A stretch of DNA of 64,000 nt from positions 62,001 to 126,000 of the forward strand of contig RBZT01000855.1 in NCBI GenBank assembly GCA_003693705.1, written 5' to 3'. Within the stretch, counting starts at the first letter, position 1, and each line of letters opens with the position of its first letter. The notes below the pieces were generated by a model. That model had not been told where the DNA came from and did not search any database. It saw only the letters and a list, made by a program, of their open reading frames with translations. This document shows, piece after piece, positions 52,427-64,000 of the stretch. The translations under genes were made by a program, and so were the position numbers. The DNA is from Polymyxa betae A26-41. Its lineage: Eukaryota > Protista > Endomyxa: Phytomyxea.

Positions 52427-53399
52427 ATGCAGTCGACCTTCTTCCGGGGTACATCACATGATCAGGATGCCAGGTTCGCCAACAAGAACAAACAGCTGCT
52501 GACGAAACTCAAGTTCCCGTCGACCTTCCGCGTTAAGGTTCGCGCCCCGAGCGATTTTTTCCCTGATTCTTCGGTTTTCGATTAAACGCTGCTCTGTTTA
52601 GGTTGATATGAAGAAGGTAGCATTGGAAACTATTAAACCTTGGGTGTCGCAACGAATCACTGAATTGCTTGGCATTGAAGATGACGTCGTCGTCAATCTC
52701 TGCTTCAATATGCTGGCGGGCGACAGTTCACAAGACATCGACCCTCGAGAACTGCAAATCAACCTGACCGGCTTTATGGGTCAAAACGCCAAGACGTTCG
52801 TCTCCGAGCTTTGGTCGCTGCTGATCAGCGCCCAAAAGTCGGACGGCGGCATCCCTGCCGAACTGCTCGAACGTTATGCCGCTGACCTCGCTGCCCAACA
52901 AGCTCAGTCGCCGACTCCTGCTGAACCCATTGTTGAACCGAAGCAGCGCGAGCCATTGCCGTCACGACGCTCTCCATCGCCTCGAAGGAAGAGAAGCTAT
53001 TCGCCACAAAGAAACCGACGACGACGATCGCGATCGCCAGGTCGCCGTCGATCCCGGTCGCCTCGTCGCCGTAAACGGTCGCCGCCACGCGAGCGTCGTC
53101 GTTCACGCCGAAGTCGCTCGAAGTCGCGATCAGTGGAACGACGCCGCCATCATGATGAACGGAGACGCAGGCGTCGTCATCGCCATCGTCGTTCGGCGTC
53201 GCAGTCGTCGTCATCGGCGTCGAGAGAGCGTTCGGCGTCCAGAACGAAGCATCAGGAGACGGCCGAGAAGCCTGTCGATAAGACGATGGATCCTCGAGCC
53301 GCTGAAGACGAGCTACGTATGCTGGCGCTGCGATCAATCGTCGTCAATAAGAACAAGCAGAAGGACGATAAAAGCGATGCTTCGCCGATTCAATCCTAA
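52427..53399 (+). CDS. SRRM1: PWI-domain SR-related splicing factor SRRM1/SRm160 (2 exons)
   Basis: 'FFRGTSHDQDARF...KFP|VDMKKV...IKPWVSQRITELLGIEDDVV...LQINLTGF...FVSELWSLLISAQ', followed by an RS domain. Confidence 0.93.
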
Positions 53400-53738
53400 A
53401 CTCCATCTATATTTTAACTTTAAGAGTGTCACCTTGTATTAAATGTGGTTGCATAGGATATCAGTATACAAAGTTCTCGATTGGAATCTCCATTTATGAG
53501 CACTCGCAAATCAGAAATTGATCCTGTTACGTTGTGTGTTTGCTCTTTTCCCGAATCGGATTTTTTTCTGGTTTTTTTTAGCTAGATTGATTCATTCGTG
53601 AGGCGCTTAAGCATCGGAGTCAATCAGATGACTCAACACAGCTAACGTGACCCTGCAACTAAACAACTCACTGGTCGTTAAATATATCATTTTAAGTTAA
53701 CCCGCATCTATAATATTCCAATCTATCTAGCTCGATCT

Positions 53739-55957
53739 ATGCAAACCTTTTTAACGATCGCAATTGTCGTTTTAACGATCCTGCAGCTGTTCGTCAATGG
53801 TTCTGTCGTCGACCACGGCTCCTTCTCGGTAATGATCGATGATAGCGATTTAAGCCGCTCTCGATCAACTTCTGTTCCTGCAATAACTCCGATTTCTGAG
53901 TCAACAACGAACATCCCATCAGTATCGAGTTCTCCAGCAGATGCATTGAATGTTTCAGCGGCGGCGCCAGCTTCCTTCACAAGCATTCAGAATAGCTCGT
54001 TGACAAATGCGATGAACGGATCAGCTGTCAAGAATACTGGTGACATAATCGCATCAAATGATTCGTCAGCAAATAGCCTCTTGGCAGCAATACGATCTGC
54101 CAGTGAAGCTGCCGACCTTCAATACAAGCCGGCTTCTACAAATGAGAACCCGAAACGAGGATATCTAAGTTCCATGTCCAACAAGCCGGTTGATAAACGA
54201 CCAAGCGCAATTAGCATCATCGAGGAAAATTTGCTGGTGGTTCCGATGCCGAATGGCGTCCAGGCGATCGCCTATGGCATCAATGCTGCCGATTCTTACG
54301 GGCATGAATATCATAATGGTGTGAAGGGTGTTAAAGTTGTACCTGGATTAAGACCTGTTCTCCCTGTAAATCAACCAAGCACGAATTCAGACAACTGGCT
54401 GAGATTCCAACCGAATGTTGCCGGCAGCCAATCTCAGTTCAGCGAAACGAATGACGCCCAATATCGCGCTCAAATCCCGTCCGCTGATTACGATCTCGAA
54501 TTTCAACAGCATAAGGTGCCAGGCGACGACAGGGATACTGGCTTCCAGTTCGGACAGCCTCAAATGCCTGTNNNNNNNNNNNNNNNNNNNNNNNNNNNNN
54601 NNNNNNNNNNNNNNNNNNNNNNNNNNNNNNNNNNNNNNNNNNNNNNNNNNNNNNNNNNNNNNNNNNNNNNNNNNNNNNNNNNNNNNNNNNNNNNNNNNNN
54701 NNNNNNNNNNNNGGCAAAGGCTTCCAATTCGGACAACCACAGATGCCTGTCAAAGACAATCAGAAAGATTCCCAATTCCGAGGGCCTCTAAAGCCCGCTG
54801 GAGTCAACCAGAAGCCACAAATGTCAACTGGAAACGATGAGGACGAGCTCGATTTCCCAAGCCCAGCAACCATGTGGGTACAGAAACCATCCAAGCAAGG
54901 CTCTGCTCAACTTGAAGGCGCTTCGTTGAAGCGTAACGCCGTCCAAGACCAAACTGAAAGTCGCCCTAGCCAAGGGCAAGGCGAGCTTCATCCTTGGGAG
55001 CGTCACCAAGGACGTCATTTCGTCCATATTCGTGATGATGTCTTTGAGAGCAGCCAAGTTCAGAATGGAGATGGCCGCGCCCCTCATAACCATAATCAAG
55101 GCAAAACCCGTCACCACAATGTTCGCAACGACGAAGATCATGGCGAGCACAAGAAACAGAAACGCCAGCCGATTCGTAAATACGCTGAGGAATGGCGCTG
55201 CCTGGAGTCGGATGTCACCGCTGGCGTCCAGGTCGAGAAGCTGGTGTGTCCTCCCGGGCTGATGATCACATCGTTCGGTCTGGCGTCGCTAGGCAACCCA
55301 CAAGGAGCCTGCAAAGGTCAGGGCACTCGGCAGCCTGGAGCCTGCCATTTCGACCTATCCACGACGCTTCAGAATCAATGTCGTGGCAAATCCGTTTGCG
55401 ATATTGAATCAATTCGTGTCGCCGACGTCCAAAAACACTGTCCCGGCTACTCTGGCGAATCGCGAGCTGTTATCGAGTACCAATGTTCGCCTTGGGTGTC
55501 GAAGCCGGCAGAGAGCAACTCCACCATTGAACATTGCCAGAAAGTGCAAAACAATGGAACGCTGAACTGTCCTCAAGATCAAGTCATTCTAGGGTTCGGA
55601 TTCGGGTTCTTTGGCGAAATCGATGGTTCGTGCTCGAAAGGAATTTCACCTGGCGTCTGCTCTCGAAATGTCATGACCGACTTGACAGCTAAATGTGTTG
55701 GACGAAGTCAGTGCCAAGTTGAGGTTAACACCAAACAATTCGGGTCTGCTTGCAGTAACAGCACGTCGCTATCGCTGGCAGCCAGCTTCAAATGTGGCCC
55801 ATTGTCCGAATATGTTCCAAACAACTCGACCCAAAAGGCCATCAATCAGACATATTCAAGCAGCAACCTGCAGTTCGCTAAAGGCAACGGAGCGGCAAAG
55901 CAATGTTTCATTGGAGCTTCAATGATAGCATTCGGAATCATATCATTCTTGATTTAA
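53739..55957 (+). CDS. Secreted, probably GPI-anchored surface protein with two SUEL (galactose/rhamnose-binding) lectin domains; interrupted by an assembly gap
   Basis: Signal peptide 'MQTFLTIAIVVLTILQLFVNG' and S/T/N-rich stalk. Lectin 1 'LVCPPG...ASLGNPQGAC...CRGKSVC...CPG...YQC'. Lectin 2 'LNCPQD...FGEIDGSC...CVGRSQC...FGSAC...FKC'. Hydrophobic C-terminal tail. Confidence 0.8.
54572..54712. other. Assembly gap (141 N) inside a coding tandem repeat
   Basis: N run flanked by near-identical GGCTTCCARTTCGGACARCCWCARATGCCTGT (GFQFGQPQMP) on both sides. Confidence 0.9.
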
Positions 55958-56103
55958 GCCGCATTATTACTTCCACATATTCATTACACTTCCAAATAAA
56001 TAAATATACATATATATGTGTGTATACCTTGATAGCTACAATTGCTCTTTGTCTCGAGCTAAATTGCGGCTTTAATGATTAGAACATAATAACGATAAAG
56101 CCT

Positions 56104-56477
56104 TTAGTCTTCGGTGTCTTTCGGTGCTGATGTCGACGACATGCTAAATATCCTATCTTTGGCTACAATCTTGCTTCGTTTTTGATTCTGCGCTCCAGGC
56201 AAACGACAGTTCAAGAATCCTTCCCAACCTCTAGAAAAACGCATGCGTTTAGACTGAAACCAGATATCAGAATTTCTTACATAACGACGTTGCCATATAA
56301 TTGCGTTCTTTCAACGTAATGCGCTTCCAAGTCAAAAATCTGCTTCTCAATCTGTTTCAGGTCATCCTCCATCTGTTCGCGCTTGAGCTGCAGTGACCGT
56401 AATCGGGCGGATGGATCCTGAGCGGAGGCTAATTCAGCGGCAGGAGTGCTGAGCCCATCGCTGGTAGGATCCGACAT
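56104..56477 (-). CDS. EAF6: NuA4/NuA3 HAT subunit EAF6 (2 exons)
   Basis: 'LKQIEKQIFDLEAHYVERTQLYGNVV...GWEGFL...DRIFSMSS'. Confidence 0.9.
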
Positions 56478-56613
56478 CTAAAAGCGACACCTTTGCCTAG
56501 GAGATATAAAACACCGCCATACCGAATTGTTCTTTCCCCGGATATTTTCCTGTTTTGCTCACTCTTAATTTGATCAGAGCTTGTTAAAGAATCAGGGTTT
56601 ATTTGAGTACTTC

Positions 56614-59600
56614 TTAATCAATTACTTTGTAATCAGATAGATCATTGGAAAACACGCTCTCCAGGAATTCCTTGCACTGCTTTTTGTGAACCTGCGAAGC
56701 ACCAACAGCCTGACCAATTACTGAGCATTTGCAGGAAATTTTCAAGACAAAATTGCCTACAGATGACGCAACAGCCTTCCTTCCTACGTAGACAAGATCT
56801 GTTAATGAATTCAGTTGCTCCATCACTTTAGATATCCTGGGCGATACAAAGCTCCAAGCTCCTCCATTTGCTGGCTCCTCCTATACCAAGAGTCACCAGA
56901 TCATCCAGGAATGCAATAGGCTTTACCTGAGCCCAGATAATGTGTTTCATATTACCATACCGCGATAATTCCTGGCCAATCATCTCGAATGGAAAAGGGC
57001 TCAACTCCTGCTGGAATCAACCAAATGATTGGCAAGCAAACTGTATAGTACTACCTCCAAGCGAATGATAGCAAACTGATTTCCGTTTGCAACTGAATTT
57101 CTGGCCTTAACTAAGTCATAGTAGACTTTACCGGAACAAAGAATGACGCGAGTGATACTGGCACAGTTTGTGAAATTCGAACAATGCTTTTGCATCGAGC
57201 CATACCCGTTGTTTGCTCCGTCCCCGTTTTCTCCAATTACAGGCTTGAAGAATGTTCCTGGTTGCTACAACTATTCTTGAACAATGAATTTCAATATCTG
57301 TCGCTATTACGAATTCGTCAAGTGTTGATGTCGCTTCCGGCAACCGAAGAATCGTCTTGGGTCCAATCACTATAAGAGGCTTGCGAAAATTTCTCAACAT
57401 CTGATCGTAGGTTTAGTTTCAACATCTACCGTTAACTGACGTCATACCTGCCGTCGAAGAACATGAAAGTAGTTTGCAGGTGTTGTGCAGTTGACAACTG
57501 ACATATTCACAACATTGTCATTTCCGGAAAATTCTTCGCTATCGCATAGCTTATGCAATGGTAAATAGTAGTATCGAGAGTACCCAACTCTACATACTTG
57601 AAGTAATCGTTCGATTTTTGCAGTAGAATGCTCTGGTCCAGCACCATCTGTTGAAGTGTTAAACATCCTTAGAGTGTCGAATGACAGAAACAACCATATC
57701 CATGAGGAAGTACCATAACAATGCCAGATTGTCGAATCCATTTAGCTATCGGAAGTCATTATTGTCATCTCATAATACACAGTGAAGACCTTCCCCCGAA
57801 GCAATGAAATTGTCAACAATGGCCTGGGCTGTGTTCCAGAAATCACCAAACTAAGACGTCAGTACAAACGTATTTCGCGTTCCACTCAAAGTTACCTGGG
57901 CCTCCCAGATATTCAAGTTTTTTGGCGACTCCCAGTTATAGCCAAACTAAACATTCCAGTGAGCACAGAGGTTCATAACCGATCACAGTAGAATATTACC
58001 TCGAAGCCAAGAACGGCAAATTCTGAAAGATGGCTGTTGACCGCATAAAATTTTCCACATTCCCCTTCGAAATGGAAAAATGGTACGTATCTCTCATCAG
58101 TGTTTTGGTCGGTAAATGCTGCATGACGTTGCGAAAACGTCCCTGATACCCTCGCTTAGTTGGTGTTCCTATCCGCGCTGAGCTGTTATCGTACCTCGTT
58201 GCACATCTTGACCACATAGGCGTATATTGAACCCATCTTTCAATAATGCACCGAATGCTAAAGCTTCAGCAGTAGCCCAGTCAATCTGTTTGCCTGAATT
58301 CATCATTTCTTGTCGCGCCGAGATATGTGATTTAACGAGTCGAGGATGAACGGCGAATCCTTCAGGAACTTCAACCGACTTCAGCCCTACCTAAGACCAT
58401 GTTGATATTGCACTGCAACACATGAAAGGTTAATTGCCTTTTTCAGAAGCTCCAAATCAGCGCCCGTATTTACTGGGGCTTTCATATCAGAAGCCTGAAC
58501 AAACCCTTCCCAATTACATTGAAAATTCCATTTCTAAAATCGCATTAGAAAAATAAAGAAGATGGTAAACAGCAGACAGAGTCTGGTTTAAAGTCATCAG
58601 CAAGTTTTAGTTCTGACTCCAAAAACTGGCTCACGGTGGACTGAACTTTATCAAATACGGACTGAGTTTTAACACCTATAAAATGAACCTAAATACTTCG
58701 GCAATACAAACCCATCGCAATCTGGTACCCGTCATTTGCAGCTCCTCAGCGTATTTATGAACTACTGATGCCCTTGATCTAATATTTTTGTACAAAGTTG
58801 GCTGAAGCTGATTAATATACAGCAAAAAAATGTCTTCGCGTAGAAACGAATTTACCTGGGTAAAGCTTGGTTCATCCACTTCATTATGGCCTTGCTTTCG
58901 ATAAGTAAGCAAGTCTATAATTATGTCGTTCTTAAATTCCTTCCTGTAGTTCATTGCTACAACGCAGGCCCGATAAACAGCCTGTTAGCACTTAGAGCAA
59001 CATATACATTAGGTTGCAGCGAACAGCACCTCAGGATCTTCGCCTAAGCACACGGTTTAAAATCCAGAATAACTTGATACTGAATTCGATACCATTGACG
59101 TGAAGGACAGGGCAACGGATCATAGCAGCAACGTCAGAGGAGTAAGGTCCACTACGACCGTCAATCGGCTCCGTCGTATAGCCGATCTGATTATTCAAAA
59201 TAACATGAACTGTTCCTCCAGTAAAGAATCCTTTCAATTGAGAGAGTTGCAATGATTCAGTCACAACGCCCTGCAAAACAACATGAGTCCTCACTGAGCA
59301 CCAGTAAGCGACTTCGTACTTGACCGGAAAATGCTGCATCTCCATGGAACTGAATACATAAACTGGATTCCCCAAAATGGTCGCCCCCCATGTCTTGAAT
59401 GGCCTTCACTTTCCCCAACGCTACAGGATTAATCGCCTAAAGCTCTTTAACAATAAACAAAAATAAGAGAGTCAATGCAAGTCAACCTCAAGATGGCTCG
59501 GGTTGTGCAACAGCGAAATGTGAATGGGGCCATGATTGTTGAACTTTTTTGTTACTGAAGTTGCTGGAGGAATCATTAGACAAACGTATTTTCAGAAAAT

Positions 59601-60611
59601 ATTTATGGAATTACCAATATGTGATACAACATCGTCGCTGCCAACCTGACCTGATTCAAGTGTGTGGCTAGCGCCTTTCACTTTAGAGAATATTGCTCGC
59701 GGTGGATAATCTAGCAAGGCTACCAGCATATTAAGTCGGCCTGCATATCATTTGAATATGCGAAAATCAATTGAAATGCTAAACAACCTCGGTGAGGCAT
59801 GCCTATGACAACGTCTTCGATATTGGCGGCTGCTGCCTGTGAGAGCAGTGAATGAACTGCCACAAGAAAGGATTCGGATCCTTCTAATCCATATCGTTTG
59901 AACGCCCGAAATTTTTTTTGCATGTAATCATCAAATAGTTCGCTTTGATCTGACCATCCTTAGCGATGCTAGGAATGCAAGAGCAAGTACAGTACACATT
60001 AAAGAAAGTATATTCTTCTGAAGACCCGGCGATATCGGAATGGAAGTAATGGATTCGATCTGATCTATCATCCACTGTCTTTCCTTTACATCCTGTATCA
60101 TAGGGTAAATGAATGGATTTTTCAGGCACAGAATAGGTCCATACTGTGATGAACATAAACTCAGCACCAATAGATCTAGTGTATATATTTCTTAGATGAT
60201 CCAGAAGCGTGTCGGCAGTTGAACCAGAAAATTGATTAGATAGGCGAAAGCTAGCGATATCTTCGTCAGAAATGATATCCGACGATGACAGCTTATGGAA
60301 ATCGAGATTTAATTCTGGATGATCCCTTCGTAACATGGATTAAATCTTCTCAGCAATGTACTCGAGCCATACTTAATGGTTCTTCTTTCCAATGGGTCAA
60401 TATCAGCTACCAAGTGACCTAATCTTCGATAGGCATCAACTAACGCGAACATTCCAATACTCTGAATCAAGCTTCAGTCGATTTCCATAATCGTGCCCTC
60501 CATGGGAGGTTAGATCTGGCCAATATCAACCTGGCTAGAGAATAGGCGCCGGGAGCACCCCAAGACCGGTGCACGTCCAAACCGCTGTGAGATTGCGAAT
60601 CTAGAGAGCAT
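56614..60611 (-). CDS. DHTKD1: 2-oxoacid dehydrogenase E1, DHTKD1 (2-oxoadipate)-type; many short exons
   Basis: '[10 protein letters not shown]', 'GMPHRG', 'HNPSHLE', TPP motif '[13 protein letters not shown]', 'NNQIGYTT', '[12 protein letters not shown]', 'GAGPEHS', '[19 protein letters not shown]'. Presequence '[13 protein letters not shown]'. Confidence 0.85.
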
Positions 60612-60970
60612 TGGATCACTGCTACTTTAAACGATTAAATGTAAAACTAATAGACAAAAGATAAATGGCAGTGTGACAAAAGACAGACAGGCAGTGGATT
60701 TGTGGTCCATCGGCATGACAGATGTAACATTAAACAATCTATAGTGAACATTCCAACTCATGAGAGAGGTGAGAGAGGGCTTTTGAATTCTTCAAAGACA
60801 TAATCTATATCCATAGATAGACGGGAGAGATTGTCGTTCTGACCAACTGATGCTCGTTATTCTTCTTATAGCAGATGCTATGATCTATCAACGACCCGCA
60901 CCAATCAGAGCGTAACGTCTTGGTTGGGCACATTGGCTACATGTGCTTATCATGAGAATTGTATGAGAAA

Positions 60971-60990
60971 GGATTGGATTGGATTGGATT
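60971..60990. repeat. (GGATT)4 microsatellite
   Basis: ggattggattggattggatt in the DHTKD1/kinesin intergenic region. Confidence 0.8.
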
Positions 60991-61104
60991 ATTCTAGCTT
61001 GCTGATCTTTGTCAACAGAAGGCACTGTTCATTTTATCGAGAATGCGCATTGAAAGATAGACAGTTGGGATCGCTTTCTGTACAGTTTTAGTCGTCATCT
61101 GATA

Positions 61105-64000
<2,896 letters not shown>

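Noticed and set aside
52825-53442. Long alternative-frame and antisense ORFs over SRRM1
   Set aside because: By-product of the GC-rich RS low-complexity repeat.

Overview
Gene-dense eukaryotic (protist) nuclear DNA, not prokaryotic. It holds about 35 mostly multi-exon genes with very short GT-AG introns (~45-70 nt), very short intergenic spacers and one 141-N assembly gap. The compact style, flagellar-type genes (kinesin-II, WDR49/64-like, EFCAB9-like) and TTTTAGGG-like motifs suggest a zoosporic protist, possibly a phytomyxid rhizarian such as Spongospora. That taxonomic call is inference only. Recognisable housekeeping genes: NEMF/Rqc2, TIM13, TDH, PAN3, NOXRED1, TMEM258/OST5, KTI12, RPP40, ENY2/SUS1, RPS9, VPS51, SRRM1, EAF6, DHTKD1 and kinesin-II. 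Most notable items: (1) a small intron-containing gene encoding a bacterial-style TIR_2 domain with the catalytic Glu, fused to a C-terminal membrane anchor (candidate horizontally acquired membrane TIR NADase); (2) an erythromycin-esterase-family gene with a possible mitochondrial presequence; (3) a signal peptide-RWD-TM protein directly after NEMF; (4) a GPI-type double SUEL-lectin surface protein with a collapsed repeat; (5) a membrane hybrid histidine kinase; (6) a tandem PPR duplication. Family assignments come from motif recognition by eye, and exon boundaries were deduced manually and are approximate. No rRNA, tRNA, CRISPR array or intact mobile element was recognised.
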